In this document: positions 1 to 13,608 of the stretch, in pieces
Layout of the letters: each line of letters opens with the position of its first letter
How positions within the stretch are numbered: the stretch's first letter is position 1
Made by a program: the position numbers and the translations under genes
Assembly (NCBI RefSeq): GCF_039654945.1
Contig: NW_027361831.1
Span: forward strand, 10,416,001 to 10,480,000
DNA from: Dendrobates tinctorius
Lineage: Eukaryota
Reading direction: 5' to 3'
DNA length: 64,000 nt
The notes under the pieces: generated by a model
Told to the model about the DNA's origin: nothing
The model's database searches: none
What the model saw: the letters and a program-made list of their open reading frames with translations, nothing else

Positions 1-3000
1 TTCTCTCATGTCTAACAAGCTCTGATTTCTGGTTAAAATATCTCCCACATTCTGAACAAAAAAATCTTCTTTCCTCTGTTTGAATTTTTTGATGAGTAAC
101 AAAAGATGTTTTAAGGGAAAAACTTTTTCCATATTCTGAACATGAAAATGGCCAATTTTTTGTAAAAGAACTTTGATTCTTAGTTTCCCTTTTGTGACTT
201 TTATTTTCCTTAATAGTCTGAAATGAATAAGAAGGTAGGACCTCTTTAAAAGGAGCATATGACAGATCTTTGCTATGAAGGGATGATGGCATATCTGGAA
301 TAGTGGCATACACTTCAGTTACATCTTGTGTGACATCAAGGTCTTCTGATGTAAAAATTGAACATGCCAGCTGTACATTTGATGTCCTGGTACAGTCATC
401 TGCCAAAAATAAAATTACGGAATTATTTTTGAATAAAATATCTTTAAAAAGTATATATTGAAAACATTTTAATATAATATATCCACAAAAATTGAAAGTT
501 ATGTAGCAAAATGCAAATGTTCACTACTACAAAAACAGTTCACAATCTAAAAGTAGACCTCAGAGCAAGAATCTGCCTCCCAAATATTGGCACAAAATGG
601 GACCAAAACATTATGTAGTACAAAATTATACCAATAAGAACTTACAGTCATCGAGCAAAAACAAAAACAAGCCCTCATTTACAATGCTGCTCGAAAGCTT
701 GTGAACTCTTTAGAATTTTCCAGATTTCTGCATAAATTTGACTTAAAACTACATTAGATTTTTACACAAGTCCTAAAATTAGATAAATAGAACCAAACAA
801 ACCAAATGAGTTAAAAAATATTAGCCTGTCATTTTTTAAATAAGTAAAATTATCACATGTCTGAAAGTTGCGATAGTATTTGAACCTTTAGGATTAGCAG
901 ATAATTAGAAGGTGAAATTGGAGTATGGTATTTTCAATCAACGGAATTACAATAATATATGAGTGGGTGACCAGCTTTTATCTAAAGAACAGGGATCTGT
1001 CAAAGTCTGATCTTCACAACAGAAGGCAGGAACAAGATTTCTATGGAGCTCAGATGAAGAGTTGCTGAGGCTCATGAGGCTGGAAAAGGTTGCAAAACCA
1101 TCTCGTAAGCTATATGCCCACGATAAGGAAGTAGCAGCGCTTTGGACGCATCCAAAACGCTGCGTTCTATTGAAAGCAGGTAAATCCACATGTATTCTCT
1201 GACCCATGTGGATTTACAGCCTTTAATACATTCTATGGATTAAAGCGTTCCCGCAGGACAAATTGACGCGCTACATTCTTGAAAGACACGCCGCATGTCA
1301 TTGTCTGAGGGTGATTCGCAGGCGCACGTGCACGCATAGTGCACATGGAATTTCTTGAAATAAATACGCAGCGTCAAAACCGCAGCAATTCCTGATCATG
1401 GGCATGTACTCTAGAGAGTTTGGACTCTTTTTGAGATTTGCCAATTCCAAGTAAAACGTGTACAAAATTAGGAAATTCAAGGCCATATTACCCTTCCCAG
1501 AAGTGGTTGATCAGCAAAGTATTACTCCAAGAACAAGGCATATAATAACAGTGGGCAAGAACATGAAAAAATCCAAGGTAATTTCTGAGAATCCAAAGGC
1601 CTCTCTTATATAAGCTAATGTTATTCTTTACGAGTCCATCATCAGGACAATGCTGATCAATAGAGTCAAGCTTGAGAGAAAAATACCAACTGCTCAAAAG
1701 GAAAAAAAACATTGTTGCCCATCTACAGTTTACTAAAGATACAAAGCCAAAAGTAAAAAATGGTTCAAGACCAAGACCCAAAGAACACTGTTTAAGTTTT
1801 GGACCAACCAAGTCAAACTTCTGACCTTCATCCTACAGAAGTGTTGTGGAAGTACCTGAAGCGAGGAGTTCATGAGGGAAAACTTCCAGCATAACAAAGT
1901 TGAAGCGCTTTTTGTGGGGAGGAATGGGCTAAAATTCCTCCGAGCTGATGTGGAGGACTAATCAACAATTACTGGGAGGTTTAGATGCAGATGTTTTTGC
2001 TCCATAAGGAGGTCACACCAAATACTGAGAGCAAAGGTTCACATACTTTTTCCATTCAGAGATATAGACTGATATTAGATTATTTTACATATTTAAAAAA
2101 TTACAAATTTTAATATTTTTGACTCATTGGTTCTCTATCCACTTTTAGGTCTTGTGTGAACAAATCATGGAATTTTTGTTGTGGAGTGATGCCATGAAAT
2201 CATGCTTGCAAGCCATGCCAACACATCTCCTGTAGATGTGAATACATGTATATTAGAGACATCAACAATACACTGCTTATAGATACATCAAGGCACAGGT
2301 GTCAATTTTTTATTTAGTTTATTGCGAACTTCTTTGATGTTAGCAGATTATTTGTTCACAGAAACTGAAGTCAGGATACAGGGAACTATACAGAAATTCA
2401 CACTGAAAATGGAATAGCATCTTGATTACTAGAGCAAAGGTCCAGAAATACTGGACCTGCTCTTGTAGGGACCATATGCGCACATTCAGCAGCACAGAAG
2501 GGAGAGAAGGTAGATTCATCCAATAAGATATCAGGATTCTAGGAAGCCAAGAGCATCATTACCCTCCGCTTTTACAGGCCGATCGTAAAATTTTTCTTCA
2601 TATGATTTTCCAAGATGTCATCACATTCTACATATGCTGTCATTCTGTTTTTCAGTTTAAAGATATGAGCAGCTAAGGGTCAGCATGTTCAAATTCCAGT
2701 GGTATAGGATGGATCCCGTGATGCAAGCACTGGCTGAAACAGATCTCACTCCAACAGAAGGACTTCCAATACCAAAAGTAATGGGGTCAGTTTGAAGTAA
2801 AGGAGCATATGGTAGTCTAGGGGCAAAAGGGTAACCACATGATTGTGATATGGCAGGACTACACTGCTGATAAAGCAGCTACAGCCAGTGACTGAGAAGA
2901 ATCTATGAGTTCTCTGAATTTAGTGGTTACTACTCACCTAGGTGGTCATATGTGTAAATCTCCTCTTTACACTGCTCATCACCCCATATATATGTCTCTG

Positions 3001-3998
3001 TAGCATTAATATGGGTCAGATCTTCACCCTAAAACAAATATTGTAAAAGTCACAGACAGATGGAGAAGTCACATCTACAATCAGCTCTAATCCTCCATCT
3101 CCACCGTTCTCATTACACAAGTATAAAACATATAATACTGGTGGATAAAACAAGACTGAGCACAAGACCTTCACAGCCATCTACATATCATAGGGGAGAT
3201 CTCATGACACCTTCTCCATCTACCTGATGATCCTGAGGGACATTGGGATTTTCTTGTTTACAGTCCTGTGGAAGAAGAGGACGGGGACATCTCTCTGGTG
3301 TTGTCCTCTTACTGGATAGATCTGGAGGAGACACATACTGGGACTGAATTCATTCTCTACATACAGATAATTATAGGCCGTGTGTATTTAGTATTGTCTA
3401 TTACCTGGTGATATGAGGGGCTGGGGAACCTCCATCATGACGTCCTTGTACAGATCTTTGTGTCCTTCTAAATAATCCCACTCCTCCATAGAAAAATAGA
3501 TGGTGACATCCTGACACCTTATAGGAACCTGACACATACAATGATACCGTCATCCCCCCGATCCCTTCATAGCGTTACTTTATTATGTTCCAGAATTCTC
3601 AGAAGTGTCACCTCTCCAGTCAGCAGCTCAATCAACTTGTAGATGAGTTCTAGGATCTTCTGGTCATTGATGTCCTCATGAATCAGGGGGTGAGGTGGAG
3701 GTCCTGTGATTGAGCTCAGTGGTCTTCCCCATCCCTCAGACACAGGGTCCCGACAGCGCTCACTAGAGGTCTTCTTCACTACTGTGTAATCCTGGTTATG
3801 GAGAGACACATTAATAAATCTCACTACAGACACTTCCAGAGTCCTCACCTCTCCAGTTCTGTCCATCTGTTATTCCCATAGATAAGAATGATGTAATGTG
3901 ACGTCATCAGAATCTCTCACCTCTCCAGTAAGCTGGAAGAGGATCTCTAGGGTGAGGTGTAATATCCTCTCTGCCATCTTGTCTCTGTCCCTATCCAT
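1..3998 (-). CDS. KRAB-like C2H2 zinc-finger gene 1 (XlCOF/XlCGF-like), 3'-partial; coding exons 3998-3921, 3791-3612, 3528-3405, 3321-3224, 3028-2938, 399-<1
   Basis: All introns are GT-AG with matching phases. Spliced reading: [26 protein letters not shown]|DYTVVKK...LLTGE|[33 protein letters not shown] (KRAB-A-like)|[13 protein letters not shown]...|GEDLTHIN...|DDCTRT...[19 protein letters not shown], open to the window edge. Confidence 0.93.
681..2160 (+). mobile_element. Degenerate Tc1/mariner element in the last intron of ZNF gene 1, with a small palindromic MITE at about 1110-1410
   Basis: Tc1-type IR/DR ends (gctcgaaagcttgtgaac... and caaaggttcacatactttt) and decayed transposase remnants. 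Boundaries approximate. Confidence 0.6.
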
Positions 3999-4169
3999 CC
4001 TTGATGGGTAAATCTGGAAAATTCTCTTATACAGAAGATCTCCACTGAGAGGATCTGATATTGTAGGGACCTGAATGGGGAGTATATGAGCCGATTTAAT
4101 ATAACAAAGGACCCCATGTAGAAACACAATTACTAGAGATAATCAGGAAAAACATATGAGGAGATATAG

Positions 4170-5632
4170 TATATCACAAAAGTCAGTACACCCCTCACAT
4201 TTCTGGAAATATTTTATATCTTTCCATGGGATAACAATGAAGATATTACACTTTGATACAATCTAAAGTAGTCAGTGTACAGCTTGTATTACAGTGAAAA
4301 TTTGGTGTTCCCTCTAAATAACTAAGCACACATTCATTAATGTCTAAACTGCTGGCAACAAAAGTAAGTACACCCATAAGTGAAAATGGCCAAATTGTTC
4401 CCAAATTATTAATATTTTGTGTGGCCACCATAATTTTCAAGCACTGTTTTAACTTTCTTGTGCATGGAGTTCATGAGCGCTTCACAGGTTGCCACCGGAT
4501 TCCTCTTCCACTCCTGCATGATGACATCAAGGAGCTGGTGGATGTTAGAGACCTTGCACTCCTAAACCTACTGTTTGAAGATGCCTCACAGATGCTCAAT
4601 AGCGTTTAGGTCTGTATACATGCTTGGCCAGTCCAGTACCTTTACCCTCAGTTTCTTTAGCAAGGCAGTGGTTGTCTTGGAGGGGTATTTGGGGTTATCA
4701 TGTTGGAATAATGCCCAGCGGCCCAGTTTCCGAAGGGAGGGTATCATGCTCTGCTTTAGTATGTCACAGTACATGTTGGCATTCATGCTTCCCTCAATGA
4801 ACTGTAACTCCCCACAGCTGGCAGCACTCATGCAGCCCCCAAGCCATGACACTCCCACCACCATGCTTGACTGTAGGCAAGACACACTTGCCTTTGTACT
4901 CCTCACCTGGTTGCTGCCACACATGCTTGACACCATCTGAATCAAATAAGTTTATCTTAGTCTCATCAGTCCACAGGACATAGTTCCAGTAATCCATGTT
5001 CTTAATTTGCTTGTCTTCACCAAAGTGTTTGCTGGCTTTCTTAAGCATCATCTTTAGAAGAGTCATCCTTTTGGGATGCTAGCCATGCAGACCAATTTGA
5101 TGCAGTGTGTGGTGCATGGTCTGAGAGCTGACAGACTGACCCCCCACCACCCCTTTAACCTCTTCAGATATACTGGCAGCACTCATACGGCCTCTTGATA
5201 TGACACTGAGCATGTGCACTCAATTTCATTGGTCGACCATGGCAAAACAAGTTCTGAGTGGTCCAGGACTTGTTACACCACTCGAAGGTCTTGACCACTG
5301 TGCTGCAGCTGAGTTTCAGGGTGTTGGTAATCTTCTTAAAGCCTGGACTTTATGTAGAGCAAAATTCTTTTTTTTCAACTCCTCACAGAGTTATTTGTCA
5401 CGAGGCGCCATGTTGAACTTCCAGTAACCAGTATGAGAGTGTGAGAGTGATAATACTAAATTTAACACACTCGTTACCCATTCACACCTGAGACCTTGCA
5501 ACCCTAAGGAGTCACATGACACCAGGGAGGGAAAAACGACTAATTGGAAACAATTTATACATTTTCACTTAAGGGTGTACTCACTTTTTTTGGCCAGTGG
5601 TTTAGACATTAATGGCTGTGTATTGAGTTATT
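4170..5632 (-). mobile_element. Tc1-like transposon with pseudogenised transposase
   Basis: Minus-strand ORF fragments WTDETKINLF, TVKHGGGSVMAWG, FQHDNPKY, WPSMYTDLNAIEHL. IR/DR motif aaaagt(c/a)agtacaccc at about 4178 and 4360, with an inverted copy at about 5573. Confidence 0.88.
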
Positions 5633-6782
5633 TATTGTTGATTGAAAAATCCCTTTAATCTCTTCCTGAACTTTTTCTTTAAAACACAAAGGCAGTTGCC
5701 ACACTGAAACGTACTACTTTATCACACTGTGTGATGGGGCTATTTAACTCCTTATAGGCTGCTCATCTAGGTGGTTAACTAACTCTGATCCAGGCCATTT
5801 TCCTTGTAAATGGAGATGATACATAGGCTCCAGGCTCCATAGCAGAGATGACTGAGTCTCCTAGGACCCAGTAGCTACTGCTTCCTCTTTACACCCAGTA
5901 ATCACATGACCACTGGCTCCTGAGGAGGAAGCACTGGCAGTGATTCCTAATTTGTATACAATGTACTTGTTCAGCAAGGAAGGCAGATATGGTAATAAAT
6001 AGTCCCTACCTTCGCTGTGTCTGTCCGTCCCACACCCACAGCCATATGATTTCATGCAAGCTGCTTAAACTGCATTGATGTTTAAGAACGTCAGTACAGG
6101 GACAATTGTGGACCTCCAGGATATTTATAATTAAACATTACACGGGTATCTTGCTATGTGATCACTGGGTGTCGATTGTTGGCATGATACTTGGAAGAAA
6201 ATAAAAATAGTTCTGGTACAAAGTTATGACACATACTGTATTTCATTCCTGCATATGTGCTGTTTATGTTGATAAAGTCATAAAACAAAAAAAAACAAAA
6301 ACCCTCTATACCTATTTGTTATCACAGTAAGGGCTCCATCAAGTTAGGTTTTTTCTAGTATGAGCTTTATCCATTTTTTTTTAGACAGCACTCGTACTGA
6401 TGATAGTCTATTGGGTAGTTCATGTGTCTGTTTTTTTCCTTAGACTTAGTGGTCTGCACAAAGGCAAGGAGACTTGTCCACTATCAATCTAAGTGTCGGA
6501 TGAAACTCGCCAATGTAAGTCTATGTATTCATGAAAATAAACCAATAGTGACCGGATGCCATCTGTGTGTCCATTTTTTCATGGACTAATATATAGAAGC
6601 TGAAGAAACCTCCATCAGAATTTTTTTTTCACTTAACCGCTCTGATTAAACTCTGACGGTAAAAAATTGACACTGAGGAAACTCTGATGACGCTCTTACC
6701 AAAAACACTGATGAAACATGGACCATTATTTTGGGTATGAGAAGAAACATTGATGTCTGAATGAGTCCAAATTGTACATTTA

Positions 6783-8562
6783 CAGTACTCACAAAGAGTT
6801 ATGGAGATTTGGCTTTCGGGCGAAATTTCATGATGAACGTAAAATGCACTCTAACCTTTTCAGGTGAACTTAATGTGACTGTTTCTAAACTTTTGATTGC
6901 ACATGTCCAACTGTTCAATGTTTCAGTACTTTTTGCACAACTTGCTGTTCTCGAACAAGGAGCTAAATGGTAAAATTCGCAACGTATTTGATCCATGAGT
7001 CGGCCCCTAAATATTGGAGTTCAATTAGAATTGGTATTATACAGTCCTCCTCATCATGCTGTTCACATTTTCACATCATGAGACCAAGACGACACCTAAC
7101 AATAGATCAACAGTACCTCGCCATTGTGAGGCTTCAAACAGGATGTTCTTAGACGGAAGTGGCCACTGAGCTATGAGTGTCATCAGCAGGTTGCAACAGA
7201 GATACAGAGAGACTGGAATAGTCACAGAAAGGCAGAGAAGTGGACGTTCTCTGGCCACATACCTCACTAATGACGGCTTCATTGTGAACAATGCCCTTCG
7301 GATCTGGGTGATGAATGCAACATAACTTCAGGTTCACTTAAGGGAGGTGAGAGGCACCCAAGTGTCACATCAGACCATTCAAAACCATTTATATCAGCGT
7401 GGCCTGCGTGCCAGACGACCTGCTAGGGTACCTGACCACACCACCAGGCACAGGCATCATCTTCTTGCATGGACAGGGGAGCATTTACTTTGGACGAGGG
7501 ACCGGTGGTCCTCAGTGCTGTTCACTGATGAAAGTCGGTTAAAGCTGAGAAGAAATTATGGCCACCAAAGATGTTGGAGAGCACTATGCATCAGCCAGTA
7601 TTGTTACCAGACAAGTCTGTGGTAATCATGGTGTTACAGTGTGGACAGGTGTGTCTAGGCCAGGGGTGGGGAACCTCAGGCCCCAGGGCCATTTACGGCC
7701 CTCGATGACCTTTTATAAGGCCCCAGAGCAGATTCTCAGAGACCGCATTCTTGGGCAGGGAGCTGTATTTTGATTGCCACAAACTCATTAATTTCTTTTT
7801 GCTCTGTTAGCACACACACGCAGTGTTCACTACTGAACATTGAAGGGCATGCAATGCAAGATTAAGTCATGAAACCAGTGCCAGAGTCAGGATGTACTTT
7901 GAGGGCAGAGTTTGTATGGCCCCCGCAGGATGGTATAAATATCCAAATGGCCCTTGGCAGAAAAAAAGAGTCCCCACCCCTGGTCTAGGCAATACAGAAC
8001 TGCCCTACACTTTGTGAATGGTACAGTGACAAGCCCTTTCTAATTGAATAGCATCATTAATTCCGTCATTGTTCCTCTGCACGAACAGCACAGGCCTAAT
8101 TTCATCCTCATGGATGACAATGCTCCAGCTCATCGAGGTCATATCATTAGGGAATGGCTGCTGGAGATGTGGTACCTCAAACGAAGTGGCCTGCACTTTA
8201 TCCAGACCTGAATCCAATAGAAAATCTATGGGATCAGCTAAGTTGCAGCGTAGAGGTTCATAACTCTGCTCTCCAAAACCTCAATGACCTCAGCAGACAA
8301 TACCTCGGCTTGTGAACACCATGATGCGTTGTTGTCAAGCTGTGATTGATGCTCTAGGCCACATGACAAGTTACTGACATTTTTTGTTGGGGGTATGCCA
8401 GCGCTGTTGTCGACTTTTGTTTCAGTAAATTGAGATGAAGAAATTACTATTACACACTTCTACTTAAATGCCTTACTTTCATGGCGAAATTCACTGTAGT
8501 GGGAACGTTTTACGGTTTCCATAAATATTGCCAAAGCCAAACATCCCAACTATTTGTAGTGT
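6783..8562 (+). mobile_element. Tc1-like transposon with decayed transposase starting at about 7078
   Basis: MRPRRHLTIDQQYLAIVRLQTG, WSSVLFTDESR, MDDNAPAHRG and SPDLNPIE-like remnants; imperfect terminal inverted repeats. Confidence 0.85.
7661..7982. mobile_element. Non-autonomous hAT (Charlie-like) MITE
   Basis: TIRs CAGGGGTGGGGA...TCCCCACCCCTG; perfect 8-bp TSD GTCTAGGC at 7653-7660 and 7983-7990. Confidence 0.9.
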
Positions 8563-8786
8563 ATGTGCAGAAATAACAGCGCAGAGGCCTTCTGTCTTAT
8601 ATGCTCCAAAAATATGCGAATAAAACCCGATCAGATACATTATATGGAGCCGAAAATGGTGACAAAATGCAGAGGAAAGAGAAAGGTCCCAGCACTAGAG
8701 ATAAGAGAGGTAAAGGGCCCAGTAGTGTCAGCACTGAAGGGGTTACTGCCCCCTGTGCCCAGTAATGGGGGATCTCCAGCACCTAC

Positions 8787-8885
8787 CTCCAACTGCAGAG
8801 CCGCACTCCACATATATGGCTGCTCTGTGCGCACAGGACCTGTGATGAGGTCACAGGAGGGGAGGAGTCAGGGGTCACATGATCA
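8787..8885 (-). promoter_or_regulatory. Probable non-coding first exon and proximal promoter of ZNF gene 1
   Basis: Minus-strand donor GGAG|GTAGGT at 8787/8786; nearby TGACCTCA and GTCACATGA motifs; the first coding exon has a free acceptor at 4071. The link between them is inferred. Confidence 0.5.
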
Positions 8886-8989
8886 GGGGCCTCAGTGTAT
8901 GCAGGACTCTGCTGTGCTGGTTGTCATGGTGCTGGATGAGGGGAAGTTTCTGTGTGGGGTCAGGAGGGGTTTACAGGGTGGATGTAGCA

Positions 8990-9732
8990 GAGCCGTGTGT
9001 GTACGAGGTGTACGGAGCGGAGCCGCGTGTGTACGAGGTGTACGGAGCAGAGCCGCGTGTGTACGAGGTGTACGGACCGGAGTCGTGTGTGTACGAGGTG
9101 TACGGACCGGAGTCATGTGTACGAGGTGTACGGACCGGAGTCGGGTGTGTACGAGGTGTACAGAGCAGAGCTGTGTGTGTACGAGGTGTACGGAGCGGAG
9201 CCGCATGTGTACGAGGTGTACGGAGCAGAGCCGTGTGTACGAGGTGTACGGAGCGGAGCCGTGTGTGTACTAGGTGTACGGAGCGGAGCCATGTGTGTAC
9301 GAGGTGTACGGACCGGAGTCATGTGTACGAGGTGTACGGACCGGAGTCATGTGTACGAGGTGTACGGACCGGAGTCGGGTGTGTACGAGGTGTACAGAGC
9401 AGAGCTGTGTGTGTACGAGGTGTACAGAGCAGAGCCGCGTGTGTACGAGGTGTACGGAGCAGAGCCGTGTGTACGAGGTGTACGGAGCGGAGCCGTGTGT
9501 GTACGAGGTGTACGGAGCGGAGCCATGTGTGTACGAGGTGTACGGAGCGGAGCTGCGTGTGTACGAGGTGTACGGAGCGGAGCCACGTGTGTACGGAGTG
9601 GAGCGGTGTGCGTATGAGGTGTACGGAGCGGAGCCGTGTGCATACGATGTGTGTGGAGCGGAGACGCATGTGTACAAGGTTTATGGAGCGGAGCCACCTG
9701 TGTACGAGGTGTACGGAGCGTAGCCGTGTGTA
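8990..9732. repeat. CpG-rich minisatellite, about 25 units of 28-30 bp (consensus GTGTGTACGAGGTGTACGGAGCGGAGCCGC)
   Basis: Directly visible tandem array with variant units; it produces the many spurious periodic ORFs in this region. Confidence 0.97.
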
Positions 9733-9867
9733 TATTATTGTGTGTCCCGCATGTCACTTACAATTTTCCCCTTACAGCCCAATTTTTCTGATCTGAGCTC
9801 AGTCCCAGGTGTCCGGCGCTCTCTATATTATAGATTCGGTGCATATTGGTAGAAGTTATAATAATAA

Positions 9868-12800
9868 CACTGTGTTATCAAGGTTTTATCCCTCGGACAA
9901 TTTTGAGTGTTCCTGACACATTTTTTCATACTGATTTCAGAAATGACTTCAGATTTTTCCTATCACGTAAGGTTTTTGAGAAATGATACGAAGCATAATA
10001 TTCTGTTAAAATTCCAAAAACTCATATGAACTTTTTCTGAAACAGTATATTCTGAATTTTCCACTGAAATAGCTTAAATCTCTGATCTACACATATGCAA
10101 GCACTTATGATGCGAATTCCGCGCAGGTGCAGTGAATCATTCGGCTGACCATGTATGGAGCATACCACATCTCCTGGGCAGGGGAGGAATCAAAAGACAA
10201 TACTGACATAGTTAGAGCATGGCTGAATTGATCACAACCTTCAATGTCGTTCGATGTCCCAATAATATGAAGAGAGCAGAGAGATCATGTAACAGATTGC
10301 TACTTCTGCCTTATGAATGTAACAGGATATTCAGCAAAGAACAAGAAATCATTAGAATATCCTAATCTTCCTTCAGCAATAAGACCAATGCCACATGATG
10401 AAAGTCTTCGTGTTCCAAAGCCGCCCAAAGTATGGACAATGGAGGACAACGAAGATGAACTAACAATGTCAGTGGAAAATGAAACTGCTGCAGACCCAGA
10501 CTTTGAGCCTTCTACATCTAATCCACATCTGTTCAGTCAAGCTGATCTGAGTGACTTGGTCAGAGATTTGAAATTGTCAAAGAGGCAGGCAGAATTATTG
10601 GGATCAAGGCTACAAGGAATATCTTATTACCAGGAACAAGAGTTTCTGTTTTTCACAGTCGTCAAGAAGACCTTAATCAATTTTTCAACCATGTTGACAG
10701 TGTAACTTTTTGCAGTGACGTCATGGGGTTGTTTGGTGCTCTTAGATGCGAACATGACCAGAAGGAATGGCGACTGTTCATTGACTCGTCAGTTTTAAAT
10801 CTGAAGTCTGTTTTAGTACACAACAGAAATATCTATCCTTCTATACCTATTGGACATGCCGTACACATGAAAGAATCGTATGAGAATATGGAGTTACTGT
10901 TGACTCACATTAATTATTGAAATTATAACTGGAACATATGTGGTGATCTAAAAGTTGTTGCACTTCTTCTTGGACTGCAGCTTGGATATGCCAAGTATTG
11001 TTGTTGTATTTGTGAGTGGGACAGTTGTGCAGGAGAAATGCACTATTTCAGAAAGGACTGGCCACTCCACGAAAACATGGTTGCTGGACAGAAGAATGTT
11101 AAAAATAATCCTCTCGTTGATCCAGCAAAGATATTTCTCCCTCCTTTGCATATTAAACTTGGGAATTTTGTCAAAGCAATGAACAAAGAATCGGAAGCCT
11201 TTTCTTACTTGCGACAGAAATTTCCAAGAATACTGTAAGTGATGCAAAGATTAAAGAAGGTATTTTATTGGCCCACAGATCAGAGATATAATGAATGACA
11301 GTAGCTTTGATGGTTGTTTGCAAGGTGCTGAACAAGTGGCATGGAGAGCCTTTAAAGATGTGACCTTCAAATTCCTTGGCAACAGCAGGGCACCGAACTT
11401 TGAACAACTCGTGGACAACATGCTCACAGCATATCATTTGATAAAATGCAATATGTCACTAAAAATGCATTTTCTACATTCTCACTTGGACTTTTTCCCA
11501 GTCAATCTTGGTGCCGTTAGCAATGAGCACGGTGAAAGATTTCATCAAGACATTGCGCTGATGGAGAAAAGGTAACAGGGAAAGGAGTATATCAATACTG
11601 GCTGACTATTACTGGAATCTTATTCAAGAAGCATCTGACATGGATTATAAACGAAAGTCATCTGCAAAACACTTGAACAATTGCTTTTGTTACTGACATC
11701 GATGCACATGTATGTAGTGTCTTGGACGTCATAATTTAGACTATAAACTGTTGTTTCTTAACCCCTTACTGCCAGCTGACAGAATAGTATGTCAGCTGGC
11801 AGTATCCCCCTGCTTTGAGGTGGGCTCACCGCCATGTGCCTGCAATAGGCGTGAGAGGAATCGCGATCCGCCGCGCCTATTAAGTAATTAAATGCCGCTG
11901 TCAAACTCTGACAGCGGGCATTTAAATGCACTTCCAGTTGCTGGTCTGGAAATACGCGCAGCAACGATCCCCGTCATGTGATCGGGGGTCATCGCTGCAT
12001 TGCCATCACAACCAGAGGTCTCCTCGAGACCTGTATGGTTGTTGATGGCAGATTGCTATGAGTGCCATCCTGTGGTCGGCACTCATAGCAAGCCTGTAAT
12101 TCTGCTGCATAGAGGTTATCTGAGCTTCACCTCTATGTATCAGAGACGATTGCGCTATGGCGGCTTCTAGCTATTGAAGCATGCCAAAAGTGAAAAAAAG
12201 TGTTTAAAAATATCAAAAAAAACCTTAAAAGTTTAAATCACCGCCCTTTCACCTCAATCAAAATAAAACAATACAAAAAAAATGAAACCTACACATATTT
12301 GGTTTCGCCGCGTTCAGAATTGTCCGATACATAAAAAAAAAGAACCCGATCGCTAAACGGCGTAGCGATAAAAAAAATAAAACCGCCAGAATTACTTTTT
12401 TGGGTCGCTGTGACAATGCATTAACGGGCAATCAAAAGAACGTACCTGCACAAAAGTTGTATCATTAAAAACGTCAGCTCGGCACGCAAAAAATAAGCCT
12501 GCACCCAACCTGAGATCACAAAAAATGAAGACGCTACGGGTCTTGGAAAATTGCGCAATTTTTTTTCTTTTTTAGCAAACTTTGGAATTTTTTTTCACCA
12601 CCTAGGTAAAATAGAATCTAGACATGTTTGGTGTCTGTGAACTTGTAATGACCTGGAGAATCAAAGCAAAAAAGCCAAACAAAAAACAAGTGTGGTGCTT
12701 GCACTTTTTTTGCAATTTCACCGCACTTGGAATTTGTTTCCCGTTTTCGAGTACACGACATGCTAAAACCAATGGTGTCGTTCAAAAGTACAACTCTTCC

Positions 12801-13044
12801 CGCAAAAAACAAGCCTTCACATGGCCATATTGACATAAAAATAAAAGAAGTTATGGCTCTGGAAAGAAGGGGAGCGAAAAACTAAAACGAAAAATCGAAA
12901 AAAGCTCCGGTCATGAAGGGATTAAAAACCATTACGTGATACAGACTTTTGGAGCACATAATTGTGTTCAGCATATCAAAATCTATAAGATACAAAAAAA
13001 ATTTCTCAGGGGACAAGAACTTCCCTGAAATTTGTTACACAGTG
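9868..13044 (+). mobile_element. Chapaev3-like DNA transposon (transposase pseudogene at about 10250-11680)
   Basis: Termini CACTGTGT...ACACAGTG with 3-bp TAA TSD (9865-67, 13045-47). Motifs REQRDHVTDCYFC, YPNLPSAIRP, WRLFIDSS, MSLKMHFLHSHLDFFP..GAVSNEHGERFHQDI, with frameshifts and stops. Superfamily assignment is from recall of CAC termini, TWA TSD and these motifs. Confidence 0.8.
11762..12921. mobile_element. Non-autonomous piggyBac-type element nested in the Chapaev3-like element
   Basis: TTAA at 11758-61 and 12922-25; termini CCCCTT... and ...GAAGGGA. Confidence 0.75.
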
Positions 13045-13149
13045 TAATTTTATTTCTATAGCGCCAACATATTCCGCAGAACTTAACATTTTAGAGGGGA
13101 CTTGTACAGACCATAGACATTACAGCGTAACAATAACACATAGGCTTGG

Positions 13150-13420
13150 TATATTATGTCCAGTCTCGCTTGCAGTACAGAGTAGATCAATCATGGAACC
13201 AGTGGTGCAGCCATTTCTACAAATTGTATCAGGAGGTGTTTTTCAACACAGCAGTGAAAGGCTGATTGTTGCTCATTCTACTGTGAACAGCCAGTGTGCC
13301 CTAAGCCTGCTAACATGGTCTGCAGCGTCTCCAGATTTGTCTTCCATTGAGCACATCTGGGCGCAGTCAGCAGTGGACCTTGATGATTTGTCCAACTGCA
13401 TTGAATGGCAGAATACACCT
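13150..13420 (+). mobile_element. Tc1 transposase C-terminal fragment
   Basis: GGVFQH...LTWSAASPDLSSIEHIW in ORF 13193-13423. Confidence 0.7.
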
Positions 13421-13422
13421 TA

Positions 13423-13608
13423 GACCGGGATCACACATGCGAGGAATACGGCCTAGTCTCGCATGTTAATACCCGGCATTGCCGCCGGCACTCAGGAGCG
13501 GAGCGTGCAGCTCCATGTATTGCTATGCGGCCGAACGCTCCGCTCCTGGCAATGCCGGGTATTAACATGTGAGACTTGGCCGTATTCCTCGCATGTGTGA
13601 TCCCGGCC
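13423..13608. mobile_element. Palindromic Harbinger-type MITE
   Basis: Near-perfect foldback G(A/G)CCGGGATCACACATGCGAGGAATACGGCC; flanked by TTA/TCA. Confidence 0.8.

Noticed and set aside
2165-2930. Possible processed pseudogene in the ZNF gene 1 intron
   Set aside because: The frames I translated gave no recognisable protein and no poly(A)/TSD was seen; left unannotated.
8563-9796. Numerous overlapping ORFs (VYEVYGAEP, CTRCTERS repeats) and a CRISPR-like look
   Set aside because: Translations of a stop-poor minisatellite; there are no unique spacers and the context is eukaryotic.
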